Of a stretch of DNA of 64,000 nt, positions 34,876 through 44,722 are shown piece after piece. Where the stretch lies: the NCBI GenBank assembly GCA_964450865.1, contig CAYVHB010000014.1, positions 2,676-66,675 on the forward strand, in the 5' to 3' direction. A program made the translations under genes and the position numbers. The number at the start of each line of letters is the position of its first letter. Position 1 is the first letter of the stretch. This DNA comes from an uncultured Oscillospiraceae bacterium (lineage in GTDB: Bacteria > Bacillota > Clostridia > Saccharofermentanales > UBA5734). The notes below the pieces were generated by a model. It saw nothing but the letters and a program-made list of their open reading frames with translations, did no database searches and was not told the origin of the DNA.

Positions 34876-35589
34876 ATGGAATCAGTAATTGTCTCTTTTT
34901 TTACGATGGGCGCCTTCGATATGCTGGACATTTACGGCTTGACGACGCTCCTGGTGCTGTTGCAGCTCGTCCGCAAGGACTGGCATGTGCTCGTCAAGGT
35001 TATCAGTACCTATGTCGCATATTGGTGGACTGCAATTGCTATTTATTACGGGATCGACAAGATCATCTATCGCCATCTGGCTCATCTGCCACGGACTTAT
35101 CCGACGGAATTTGCCCTGGTCAAGATCGGGCTGGGCGTCCTGTCACTCATTCTGGCCGTTGTGCTGGGAATCCGGGTTGTGCGCAACTGGCGCCATCTCG
35201 ACAATGATCTGAGTAAAGTTATTTTCATCAAATCAGTTCATCCGGTTTTTCTTGCCATATTTGGTGTCTGGTCAGTCTGGACGAATATCCCGGTTCTTTG
35301 GCCGCTGTTCAGCTTCCTCTCGGTGCTGATTCCAATGCGGCCGTCGTTTGTTCAGGTCGTGCTGGTCCTGGCCGTATTCACCTTTTTTTCCATTGTACCG
35401 CAGCTGGCGGTCTATCTGCTCTATCGCCGCCTGGAGGCTGACCGCTTTGCCAAAGTGATGGGCCGCATGAAATTCTGGCTGTCCCGCGCACTCCTGATCC
35501 TGATACCGCTCTTCTTTTTCGCGGGAGGCATCTGGATTCTGGCCGGCGGTTTTGCCCATTTTCAGAACGGGGGACCGCCACCAGCCTGA
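34876..35589 (+). CDS. GAP/Sap (SfLAP)-like six-TM membrane protein
   Basis: Hydrophobicity pattern plus motifs GAFDMLD, IKSVHP, WPLFSFLSVL, FFSIVPQL resembling Firmicute GAP-family proteins. Confidence 0.55.
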   Translation: MESVIVSFFTMGAFDMLDIYGLTTLLVLLQLVRKDWHVLVKVISTYVAYWWTAIAIYYGIDKIIYRHLAHLPRTYPTEFALVKIGLGVLSLILAVVLGIRVVRNWRHLDNDLSKVIFIKSVHPVFLAIFGVWSVWTNIPVLWPLFSFLSVLIPMRPSFVQVVLVLAVFTFFSIVPQLAVYLLYRRLEADRFAKVMGRMKFWLSRALLILIPLFFFAGGIWILAGGFAHFQNGGPPPA

Positions 35590-35613
35590 CCGCCTCCCAG
35601 GCTATGCAAAAGT

Positions 35614-35650
35614 AAAACAGCCCGGCCCGTTGATGGCTGAGCTGTTTTTT
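35614..35650. terminator. Bidirectional terminator between convergent genes
   Basis: AAAACAGC...GCTGTTTT. Confidence 0.65.
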
Positions 35651-35713
35651 AATGTTTTTTTAATTGAGCGGGCCTGACTGTTAACGGAATCCGCTGATGG
35701 TGAAGTCCGGCGA

Positions 35714-37099
35714 TTACAACGACAGGTCGAGCAGCGTTTTCAGCTTGATTTCCGGATTAGCCAAGCCAGCACGCATGACTTTGACAATATAGCGGTGCAT
35801 GTTGGCGACGGTTTCCTCAGAGATAATCTTGTCGAGGTATTCATAATAACAGCGCAAGGCGCCCGTCCCATCGCCGTCCATGACGGTCAGATACATTGAA
35901 TTGCTGGCCGCGCCGGTACTGTGCCAGCGGGTCGAGGCTTTCATCCCGTTTTCAAAGGTCATCGGCACCGGCTGGAAGGTGACTGAAAGACCGTGATAGC
36001 CCTCGTTACTCTTGATATTCCAGCGCTTTTTGCTCAGAGCGATGAATTCGAACGGGCTGATATCGGCATGGCGGTAGATGCTGTTTTGCTTCTCCAGCAT
36101 CAGGTTGCAGGCATCCTTGAAGCTGATGTCCTCGTCCATGATGGTCCGATAGGACAAGAAGTGAACGCGCGTGCCGCCGGACAGCTTCTCCTCCAGGGTC
36201 CCGCGCCGGGCCACGACATTATAAAAGCTGACGTCTTTTTCACGGTTGTTGACCTTGGCCAGGAAGGTGCGGACAGCCAGCAGGAAAAGCGCCTGCGGCG
36301 TCGGTATATTGTTGGCCACGCAGTATTCGCGCATGGCATCCACATCATCCTTGCTGATCATCTGCACATAATGACTGGCAGTTGTCCGCAGATAAAAACA
36401 GTTGCTGGCCCGCTGATTGGGATTCTTGGTCTTCTTGCGATATTTTTCGAGCATAATGGAACCGTTGACATGGGTAAATATCGGCTCGCTGACATCATTG
36501 ATCTCCTTTTGCCAGAATTCGAGGTCCTTCTGATGCCGGTCCGATGTCATATAGGCAATGTCCTTTTGCAGGCAAGACTCCGCGCTGCGTGGTGGCTTGG
36601 GCATAGGTGTATTGTTCTGCAGGGCAAAGTAGATCTCCATGATGTCTTTATAAAACATACTGATGGCCCAGGAATCCATGACCAGGTGGCTGATGCAGGA
36701 AAACATGCCGCTTTTGCCGCCGGGCGCCTTGACGATATAGATCTTGGCCATCGGCGTATCATAGATCTTGAGCGCCCTGGAGCCGACCTTGCGGAAAAAC
36801 GCCTCCATGACTTCCGGAGACTTGTTGCTGAAATCAATGATTTCCAGCGTCAGGACCTGGCGGTCAGTGAAATACTGGACCTTTTGTTTGTCCTGTCTGG
36901 TGAGGCGGATTCCGAACGCGTCATTGCGCTGAACCGCCTCAGCAGCGGCCTTTTTCAACAATTCAAGGTCCAGCAAGGTATCAACAAAAAACGAAGTGGG
37001 AATGTTGATGACCTGTTTATGAAGGGAGTACTGCTGGGCCAGGAACATGGCCAGCTGGGATGGTGTTAACGGGTAATACTTTCTGTTTTGGGTATCCAT
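35714..37099 (-). CDS. Stand-alone NRPS-type condensation-domain protein
   Basis: YPLTPSQ, QRNDAFGIRL, active-site motif SHLVMDS (HHxxxDG variant). RBS AGGAGG before ATG 37099. Confidence 0.82.
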   Translation of the reverse strand: MDTQNRKYYPLTPSQLAMFLAQQYSLHKQVINIPTSFFVDTLLDLELLKKAAAEAVQRNDAFGIRLTRQDKQKVQYFTDRQVLTLEIIDFSNKSPEVMEAFFRKVGSRALKIYDTPMAKIYIVKAPGGKSGMFSCISHLVMDSWAISMFYKDIMEIYFALQNNTPMPKPPRSAESCLQKDIAYMTSDRHQKDLEFWQKEINDVSEPIFTHVNGSIMLEKYRKKTKNPNQRASNCFYLRTTASHYVQMISKDDVDAMREYCVANNIPTPQALFLLAVRTFLAKVNNREKDVSFYNVVARRGTLEEKLSGGTRVHFLSYRTIMDEDISFKDACNLMLEKQNSIYRHADISPFEFIALSKKRWNIKSNEGYHGLSVTFQPVPMTFENGMKASTRWHSTGAASNSMYLTVMDGDGTGALRCYYEYLDKIISEETVANMHRYIVKVMRAGLANPEIKLKTLLDLSL

Positions 37100-37174
37100 C
37101 GGACAAATACCTCCTCGGGTAAAATGAAAATGCCTATATTCAGCATTCGGGCGCGAAAGCAGCAGATGCGATAT

Positions 37175-37211
37175 GTGAGCCCCCGACATATGACACGTGA
37201 GCCCCGGACAT
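37175..37211. promoter_or_regulatory. 15-bp direct repeat (14/15) with 22-bp period in the divergent intergenic region; putative regulator site
   Basis: GTGAGCCCCCGACAT at 37175 and GTGAGCCCCGGACAT at 37197. Confidence 0.45.
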
Positions 37212-37404
37212 GATATAGCCTATAATATCTGCTGATTTCTTGCAAGCCTGAAGCCGTCCTCTGATGCAATTAAATTGCAAATATCCAGAAAATGTGTGAT
37301 AATATTTCCGCAATTGGTCAAGTTGCATAGAAAAAGCATTTGTGTCTATATAACACCACTGATTGCCAGGCCCGGTTGAGAGCCTGGTTAAAAGGAGCCA
37401 CTTT

Positions 37405-38805
37405 ATGTCGATGAAGCAATTGGGATTTTTAAAGTGTTGTCAGCTGGTTCTCAAAGCCAACAAAATGTCGCGTGAGCAGCTTGAAGCGCTCCAGCAGCAG
37501 CGCCTGCGCGAAATAATCGCCCACGCGCGGGCTCACAGTCCGTATTATCGGGAGCTTTATAAAGACCTGGGTGATAACCCCGATTTCCAGTCTTTGCCAA
37601 TCACGACCAAACAGGGCCTGATGCAGAACTTTGACCGCTGGCTGACCGATCCGTCGATTACGCTCGACAAGGTCAGGACCTTCATGGCCAATGATGACAA
37701 CATCGGCCGGGAGTTCGAAGGTAAAGGTATCCTGAATTATACCTCGGGCTCGACAGGTACCCAGTGTGTGGTTCTCTATGATCATACGACTTCCAATATT
37801 ACCTATGCCTTGAACTACTTCCGCTCTTTTGCCCATTCGCCTGATTTTCTCAAGGCCATTTTCAAAGGGGCCAAATACACGGCGATTGTCGACGATGGTT
37901 TTTATGTCGAATACACTGAATTTCGCAGCCAGGTCCTGTCATCACCTTATAATAAGCATCGCACGCAATTCATTGATGTGGCCGAGTCAACAGCGGATAT
38001 TGTCAGGAAGCTGAATACCTTCCAGCCCAATTTCATCGGCGCCTATCCCAGTGTCATGGAATTGCTGCTGCCGGAAATCCAGGCGGGCCGTCTCAGGATC
38101 AAACCGAATATTGTCGTCATTGGCGGTGAGAATTCAAGTCCGAAATTACGTGATGAACTGCGCGATGCCCTGAAATGCTCGGTCTTCAATACCTATGGTG
38201 CCACCGAAGGCGGAATGATGGCTTTCGAATGCTCTGAAGGCAATTCGCATATCAATATTGACTGGGTCGTGCTTGAGGCCGTCGATGAGGAATACCGGCC
38301 GGTACCGCCGGGTGTCCGGTCGCACAAGATCCTGATAACAAATTTGTCCAACTCCCTGCAGCCCTTCATCCGCTATGAAGTGACCGACCGGGTTATCATG
38401 GGTGGCGACCGCTGCAAGTGCGGCTCACCCTTGCCCTACCTGATCGTAGAAGGCCGGACCGATGATATCCTGGAGTTTGAAGGCAAGAACGGGCCGGTGA
38501 AAATCATTCCGATGAATCTGGTGCCCGAGGCCAAATACGAGGGGCTGTTGCGCTACCAGCTCGTGCAAAAGGATCCCTATACCCTGGAGATGCGCCTGGA
38601 CTGTGTCGACGCGGCCAGCCGGGATTATGCGTTCCAGGAAGCCCGCAAAATGATTCTGCACCATCTGCAGATCAATGGAGTCAGCAACGTCACCGTCTAT
38701 CTCGCTGACATCAAGCCCCAGCTCGTTACCAAAAGCGGCAAATTCAAGTCAGTCTTCAAGGAGCGAAAGCTGGCTGAGCCCGTCATCACCGACGAGAATG
38801 ACTGA
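37405..38805 (+). CDS. Phenylacetate-CoA ligase (PaaK)-like adenylate-forming enzyme
   Basis: HARAHSPYYRELY, LPITTK, YTSGSTG, YGATE, PFIRYEVTD, EGRTDD. Confidence 0.85.
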   Translation: MSMKQLGFLKCCQLVLKANKMSREQLEALQQQRLREIIAHARAHSPYYRELYKDLGDNPDFQSLPITTKQGLMQNFDRWLTDPSITLDKVRTFMANDDNIGREFEGKGILNYTSGSTGTQCVVLYDHTTSNITYALNYFRSFAHSPDFLKAIFKGAKYTAIVDDGFYVEYTEFRSQVLSSPYNKHRTQFIDVAESTADIVRKLNTFQPNFIGAYPSVMELLLPEIQAGRLRIKPNIVVIGGENSSPKLRDELRDALKCSVFNTYGATEGGMMAFECSEGNSHINIDWVVLEAVDEEYRPVPPGVRSHKILITNLSNSLQPFIRYEVTDRVIMGGDRCKCGSPLPYLIVEGRTDDILEFEGKNGPVKIIPMNLVPEAKYEGLLRYQLVQKDPYTLEMRLDCVDAASRDYAFQEARKMILHHLQINGVSNVTVYLADIKPQLVTKSGKFKSVFKERKLAEPVITDEND

Positions 38806-38927
38806 ACCGGCTTCTGGCTGACATGGCCCGGCCCGGAGAGCCTGCCGCAGCCGTGCCGGTGCCAGGCAGGGCCGGTCCCGGCTACCTGTCAGCTGAGTGG
38901 TTGTCCTGCTTATCCGGATGTGGTTTT

Positions 38928-40295
38928 TCAATTCATGAAAAGCCGCAGCCATTTCATTTTTCCGGTATAGGGCGGGTAGCGAACCGGTATATCGAGCAGA
39001 TTGGACTTGATCAGGATGCTTTTCTGACGGGAAAAAGTACTGAAACTGGCCTGGCCATGGTAAGTACCGATCCCGCTGGCCCCGATGCCACCGAATGGCA
39101 GATGGGGATTGGCCAGATGGACGACCGTGTCATTGATGCAGCCCCCGCCGAATGGCATTTGCCGGATGATCTGGTCCTGGCGCTTTCGATCGTTACTGAA
39201 ATAATAGAATGCCAGCGGTTTGGGCCGCTCCCTGATCTGCGTGAGGGCACTGTCCAGGTCGGTATATTCAATCAGCGGCAGGAGCGGTCCGAAGATTTCT
39301 TCCTGCATCAGGGTACTGTCCCAGCTGACCGGATCGAAAACAGTTGGGGCGATCTGCCGGGTCTGTTCATTGCAGGCGCCGCCAATGGCAACCGGATTGG
39401 CGGCCATCAGGCGGGCCAGGCGGGCGAAGTGCTTTTCGTTGATGATTTTGGGGAAACTGGCATTGGCTGCCGGTGACGGGCCGTAGAACTGGTGGATGTA
39501 TTTGGCCAGGGACTGCAGCAGTGCGGCCTTGACCCTGGTTTGGACCACCAGGTAATCGGGGGCCACACAAGTCTGGCCGGCATTGAGGAATTTACCCCAG
39601 ACGATGCGGCGGGCTGCCAGGTCGATGTCGGCCGTTTCGTCGACGATACAGGGGCTTTTGCCCCCCAGCTCCAGCGTCACCGGAGTCAGGTGACGGGCAG
39701 CCGATTCCATAACCAGGCGGCCGACGGCCTCACTGCCAGTGAAAAAGATATAGTCAAAGCGTTCGGCGAGCAGCGAGCTGTTGGCCTGGCGGCCACCCAG
39801 CACCGTTGTGATGTAGTCAGCCGGGAAACATTCGCTGACGATACGGGCGATGACAATGGAGGTCTGCCGGGCATAATCGGATGGTTTGACAATGGCACAA
39901 TTGCCGGCGGCAATCGCTCCGATCAGCGGAGCCATGGCCAGCTGGAACGGATAATTCCAGGGAGAGAGGATCAGGACGACCCCGTAAGGTTCAGCATAGA
40001 TGCGGCTGCTTGACAGCACGTGGGCCAGCGGGGTCGGAACCGGGCGCGGCCGGGCCCAGCGGGAAAGATGGCGTAGCGCGTGCTTGATTTCTTCACGAAT
40101 AAAGCCGATTTCGGTGGCATATGATTCAAAGGCATCCTTGTTCAGGTCGTGCTGCAAGGCGGCCGTAATGGCCGCTTCGTTGCTGATAATGGCCGCCCGC
40201 AGTTTTTGCAGCATTGTCCGGCGAAAGGCAAGGTCCCGGGTCACCCCGGTCAGGAAAAAAGCCTGCTGTTTCTCGATCATTTTTGCAATTTCCAT
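38928..40295 (-). CDS. NAD(P)-dependent aldehyde dehydrogenase (ALDH3-like)
   Basis: SPWNYP, FTGS, LELGGKSP, NAGQTCVAPD, EEIFGP, PFGGIGASG. Confidence 0.93.
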   Translation of the reverse strand: MEIAKMIEKQQAFFLTGVTRDLAFRRTMLQKLRAAIISNEAAITAALQHDLNKDAFESYATEIGFIREEIKHALRHLSRWARPRPVPTPLAHVLSSSRIYAEPYGVVLILSPWNYPFQLAMAPLIGAIAAGNCAIVKPSDYARQTSIVIARIVSECFPADYITTVLGGRQANSSLLAERFDYIFFTGSEAVGRLVMESAARHLTPVTLELGGKSPCIVDETADIDLAARRIVWGKFLNAGQTCVAPDYLVVQTRVKAALLQSLAKYIHQFYGPSPAANASFPKIINEKHFARLARLMAANPVAIGGACNEQTRQIAPTVFDPVSWDSTLMQEEIFGPLLPLIEYTDLDSALTQIRERPKPLAFYYFSNDRKRQDQIIRQMPFGGGCINDTVVHLANPHLPFGGIGASGIGTYHGQASFSTFSRQKSILIKSNLLDIPVRYPPYTGKMKWLRLFMN

Positions 40296-40472
40296 GGCGG
40301 ACTCTTTCTGGCCGCAAAGCTGGCCGGGCAATTGATTTGGCGAATATGGGATCCTGACACGCAATCAGCCAATCTCATCTGCGCTGCGAGTCCCCTGCGA
40401 TTCAGTCAATCTCACGCGACTGGCGAATTACTTGAGCACTGCGAATTCGCGCCTTTTGCACGAATCCGGCTG

Positions 40473-41678
40473 TCACGGCTGAAGCTGCTCGAAAAGCTGC
40501 CGGAACTCGCCGCGCTGGATAATGCGGGGGACCGGATAGAACGGATTGGCCTCGCGGAAGCTGCGCTCAACCAGTAGCGGCAGATCGGCAGCCTGGATCT
40601 GGACAATTTTATCCGGGATCTGCAGCAGCGCGTTGAGTTTGCGGATTGAATCGAGAAATAAGGCAGCCTTGTGCGGTGTACTGTCACCGGCACCGCCCAG
40701 TCCGACATGGTCTGCCAGCTCGGCCAGTGGCCGGCTGATGTCTTCGCCATAGAAGGCCAGGACATGCGGCAGCAGCACCGCATTTGCCAGCCCGTGGGGG
40801 ACCGCGTACAGGCCGCCGAGGGCGTGGGCCATGGCATGCACATTGCCAACATAGGCCCGGGTAAAGGCCCGGCCGGCCAGGTAGGCGGCCTGCTGCATGG
40901 CAGCCCGGGCCTGCAGGTCCTGGCCATCATCCCAGGCCCGCGGCAAATGCTGAAATATCAGGGCGCAGGCTTCCTTCGCCCAGCGCCGGGTCTGCGGGGT
41001 GTTGGACTGGCCAATATAGGCCTCAACAGCGTGGGTCAGCGCGTCAAGCCCGGTTGTGGCTGTCAGGTGAGGCGGCAGGCCGGTGGTCAGGCCCGGTTCA
41101 TGGACAGCAACGTGCGGCAGCAGGGATATATCCGTGATCGCGTACTTTTCATGGGACTGTGCATCCATGATCACTGCCACGATCGTGCTCTCGCTGCCGG
41201 TACCGGCGGTCGTCGGCACGACAAATAACGGTGGAATGAAGCCCAGGACTTTCAACAGGCCCCGCATCCGGGCGATTGGCTTGCGCGGCCGGGCCAGGCG
41301 GGCGGCAACGCCCTTGGCACAATCGATCGGCGAACCGCCGCCGGCGGCGATAATGCCCTGGCAGCTTTCCTGGCGGTAAATCAGCAGGGCCGCCTCGATG
41401 TTTTCGATCGTGGGATTGGGATGGGTCTGGTCATAGATCGCGCAGCGGATCCCGGCCTGGTCCAGATCCGCCTGCAGGCCTGTCAGCAAGCCGAGCGCCG
41501 TGACCCCCTTGTCCGTGACAAGCAGGACCGACTGGATCCGGCGCTGGCTGATCAAGAGCGGCAGCTGCCGCAGGCTGCCTGGCCCGGACAGGATAACCTG
41601 CCGTCGCCAGGGCAGCAAGTACGCCACCAGGCGCATCACCGCCTGATAGACCCGACAATAGATTTCAAACCAGAACAT
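40473..41678 (-). CDS. Iron-containing alcohol dehydrogenase
   Basis: GGGSPID, VPTTAGTGSE, DALTHAVE, HAMAH, HG. Alternative start 41699. Confidence 0.92.
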   Translation of the reverse strand: MFWFEIYCRVYQAVMRLVAYLLPWRRQVILSGPGSLRQLPLLISQRRIQSVLLVTDKGVTALGLLTGLQADLDQAGIRCAIYDQTHPNPTIENIEAALLIYRQESCQGIIAAGGGSPIDCAKGVAARLARPRKPIARMRGLLKVLGFIPPLFVVPTTAGTGSESTIVAVIMDAQSHEKYAITDISLLPHVAVHEPGLTTGLPPHLTATTGLDALTHAVEAYIGQSNTPQTRRWAKEACALIFQHLPRAWDDGQDLQARAAMQQAAYLAGRAFTRAYVGNVHAMAHALGGLYAVPHGLANAVLLPHVLAFYGEDISRPLAELADHVGLGGAGDSTPHKAALFLDSIRKLNALLQIPDKIVQIQAADLPLLVERSFREANPFYPVPRIIQRGEFRQLFEQLQP

Positions 41679-41971
41679 AAATCCTGCCCCCCACGCCATT
41701 TCTTTTATATTATCACGCCTGCCTGATAAAATAATGCAGATTCATGTAAAAATCCGGATCGGCGAAACGGTCATGGCATTCGGCGAAATATTTTTTTATA
41801 ATGTAATATAATCACGGAACAAACGCTTACGGAAAGGGTAAGATAGCAACAGTCAGCCAGACGTGATCCGGATTCAACCCCGATACAAACTGGTTCCATA
41901 CACCGGTCCGGCCAGGCTGACGTTGCAGGACGACCAGCCCCAACACGGGATTCCATATTCAGGAGGATGTT

Positions 41972-42304
41972 ATGTTCGGATTATTCGGAAAAAGAGCGCA
42001 CTCGATGTCAATGGCAGAAGCCCAGAAGGAACTGGCCAAGAGCCAGGACATCATTTTGCTGGATGTCAGGACCAGGGAAGAACACAAGCAAGGCCACATC
42101 AAGGGCAGCATCAATGTGCCGCTTGACCAGGTGCCGGTCCAGCTGGCCAAGAAAGTTCCCGACAAGAGCGCCCGTATTTTCGTCTATTGCCTCAGTGGCG
42201 GCCGCAGCAGCCAGGCCTGCAGCTGGATGGTCAGCAATGGCTATGAAAACGTCACCAATATCGGCGGCATTTCCAGCTGGCCGGGATCAGTCGTCAGGGG
42301 GTAA
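41972..42304 (+). CDS. Rhodanese-like domain protein
   Basis: LLDVRT.EE...HIKGSINVP...YCLSGGRS...NIGGI..W. Confidence 0.92.
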   Translation: MFGLFGKRAHSMSMAEAQKELAKSQDIILLDVRTREEHKQGHIKGSINVPLDQVPVQLAKKVPDKSARIFVYCLSGGRSSQACSWMVSNGYENVTNIGGISSWPGSVVRG

Positions 42305-43992
42305 TGAACATGAAAGCTATTATCGTTGGTGGTGTCGCCGGTGGCGCCGGTACAGCCGCCCGCTTGCGCCGCAATAATGAAACCGCGGAAATCATCATGC
42401 TGGAGAAGGGCCCGTACATTTCTTTTGCCAACTGTGGCCTGCCCTATTACATCGGCGGCGTGATTACCGACAAAGACGAACTGCAGCTGCAAACACCGGA
42501 AAGTTTCAACGCCCGCTTCAATGTTGATGTCCGGGTTTTGCACGAAGTCACCGCGATTGATACTGCCGCCAGGACTGTGACGGTCCAGGACCTGCGCAAC
42601 CAGACAAGCTATACCGAATCCTATGACGTCCTGGTTCTCTCGCCGGGGGCCCGGCCGATCCTGCCGCCGATCAGCGGCTACAACCTGCCTCATGTCTTCA
42701 CGCTGCGGACGATCCCTGACACCTACAAGATCAAGGATTTCATCACTGAAAAGCAGCCCAGACGGGCCGCGATCATCGGCAGTGGTTACATCGGTGTGGA
42801 AATGGCGGAAAATCTCCACCACGCCGGCCTGCAGGTGGCGATGATTGAAGCGCAGAATCATGTGATCGGCTCACTGGACGCGGATATGGCCGCCCTGGTG
42901 CACAATGAAATCCGCCAAAACAGCGTTGAGCTGTACCTGGAAAGTAAAGTCGTCGCCATCGATCAAACCGGCCTGACCCTTGAGGATGGGCGGCGGATCG
43001 AGGCCGACCTGGTCCTGATGAGCATCGGTGTACAGCCGGAAACCGGCTTCATCAAGGGCAGCGGCATTGAGCTCGGCCCGCGCGGTGAACTGCTGATCGA
43101 TGACCAGATGAAGACCAACATCCCGGATGTCTACGCCCTTGGCGATGCCGCGGTCATCACGAACTTTGTCTCCGGCAAAAAGATGATCATTCCGCTGGCT
43201 TCGCCGGCCAACAAGCAGGCCCGCCTGGTTGCTGATATCATCAGTGGCAAGAATGTCCGCTACACCGGTACCCAGGGCACGGCCATCGCCCAGATCTTCG
43301 GCCAGACTGTCGCCGTAACCGGTGAAAGCGAAACCAGCCTGCAGCGCAATGGTGTTGCCTATCGCAAATCCTACACCTTCAGCGGCTCCAATGCCGGTTA
43401 TTATCCCGGGGCTAAAACCATGACCATCAAGCTGCTGTATACCGATGATGGTCATCTGCTTGGCGCCCAGATTGTTGGCCCGAAGGGCGTCGACAAACGG
43501 ATGGATGTACTGGCCACGGCGATTCGCGCCAGGATGACCGTCTATGATCTGCAAGAACTTGAGCTGGCCTACGCCCCGCCGTTCTCATCGGCCAAGGATC
43601 CGGTCAATATGGCCGGCTATGTAGCCGCCAATCTCCTCGAGGGCAAATCCAGGCTGTTCTATGTTGAGGACCTGGCCAAAGTGACCGATGCTGACCTGCT
43701 GCTTGACGTCCGGACGCCGGGTGAATTCCAGGCCGGTCATCTGCCCGGGGCGGTCAACATCCCGGTGGACAGCTTGCGCCAGCGCCTGGCTGAGATCGAT
43801 CCCGGCAAGAAGGTCTATATCTATTGCGGCATTGGCCTGCGCGGCTATATTGCCCAGCAGATCCTGACTGCCCATGGGATCGACTCGCTCAACCTGAGCG
43901 GTGGTTATACCCTGTGGAAAGCCATTGACCGTGACCGCCAGGCCCAGGCCGCCGCCGCCGTTGATTGCACTCACTGCGGCGCGCCGAAGTAA
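42304..43992 (+). CDS. CoA-disulfide/persulfide reductase family FAD oxidoreductase with C-terminal rhodanese
   Basis: GGVAGG, SFANCGLPY, GSGYIG, YAPPFS, LDVR...YCGIGLRG. Confidence 0.92.
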   Translation: MNMKAIIVGGVAGGAGTAARLRRNNETAEIIMLEKGPYISFANCGLPYYIGGVITDKDELQLQTPESFNARFNVDVRVLHEVTAIDTAARTVTVQDLRNQTSYTESYDVLVLSPGARPILPPISGYNLPHVFTLRTIPDTYKIKDFITEKQPRRAAIIGSGYIGVEMAENLHHAGLQVAMIEAQNHVIGSLDADMAALVHNEIRQNSVELYLESKVVAIDQTGLTLEDGRRIEADLVLMSIGVQPETGFIKGSGIELGPRGELLIDDQMKTNIPDVYALGDAAVITNFVSGKKMIIPLASPANKQARLVADIISGKNVRYTGTQGTAIAQIFGQTVAVTGESETSLQRNGVAYRKSYTFSGSNAGYYPGAKTMTIKLLYTDDGHLLGAQIVGPKGVDKRMDVLATAIRARMTVYDLQELELAYAPPFSSAKDPVNMAGYVAANLLEGKSRLFYVEDLAKVTDADLLLDVRTPGEFQAGHLPGAVNIPVDSLRQRLAEIDPGKKVYIYCGIGLRGYIAQQILTAHGIDSLNLSGGYTLWKAIDRDRQAQAAAAVDCTHCGAPK

Positions 43993-44090
43993 TCGGCCGG
44001 AAATCTGCATACCTGCGGAATTTCATATCGCAATTCCCCGGCGGATACGCCCCCGCGAACTGCCCCTTGATCGAGCTGAACGTTTCTCAC

Positions 44091-44128
44091 AAGCCCGGCT
44101 GCAGCCAACCTGCAGGCCGGGCTTTTTT
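44091..44128 (+). terminator. Rho-independent terminator
   Basis: AAGCCCGGC TGCAG...CTGCA GCCGGGCTT plus T6. Confidence 0.8.
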
Positions 44129-44340
44129 GGCGTGAGGATCTTCAGCGCCGGGAATTTCACAGACTGGCGTTTTTCCGCAGCCGTAAATTCTCGCGAGCCT
44201 GATTATTCACGGGTCGTGATTTCTCGCGCCCGTTTTTGATGGTCATTATTCAAGCTATTCTCTGGCCGGTTTTTGATAATCTTTCGATCATCAAAACAAC
44301 ATTGCGCAAATCCATTGAATGTTGACCGGATTTCCGCTAG

Positions 44341-44352
44341 ATTGTCGACAAT
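44341..44352. promoter_or_regulatory. 12-bp perfect palindrome upstream of the symporter operon; putative operator
   Basis: ATTGTCGACAAT, about 90 bp before ATG 44444. Confidence 0.4.
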
Positions 44353-44443
44353 ACCATTATTAAAGGCTAAAAATATCCGGTTTTGTCTAAGTATTCACAA
44401 GGTAGCAGTAGAACGGTAGAGCCACTGGAAAGGCGGTAGAAGC

Positions 44444-44626
44444 ATGGTACTGGGAATTCCTGATTTCTGGATCTGGAGCGCGTTTTTGCTTTGCATCGGT
44501 AGCGCGGTTGCCTGCGTTGTGTATGGCATCGTGAACTGGAACAAAGGGTCTGACGATGAAAGCAAGCAAATCAACGAGGAGGTACGCTGGGAGGTCACGG
44601 AAAAGGAAGTCGAAGCCAACCTTTGA
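44444..44626 (+). CDS. Small single-TM symporter accessory protein
   Basis: MVLGIPDFWIWSAFLLCIGSAVACVVYGIVNWNKG, immediately upstream of an SSS gene. Confidence 0.75.
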   Translation: MVLGIPDFWIWSAFLLCIGSAVACVVYGIVNWNKGSDDESKQINEEVRWEVTEKEVEANL

Positions 44627-44722
44627 TGGAGCGGAAGGTCGACAGGCTCTCGTTGTATGCGGACAGATCTCATTGCTGTTCAGGCGTGCAGCAGGTGCAG
44701 ACTGTGTAGAATGGAGAATTTG

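Noticed and set aside
35993-37069. 358-aa plus-strand ORF
   Set aside because: Antisense shadow of the condensation-domain gene.
41815-41875. c-di-GMP-I riboswitch-like GAAA hairpin upstream of the rhodanese operon
   Set aside because: It lacks the GGCAAA and GCAAAG consensus elements; an Rfam scan would be needed.
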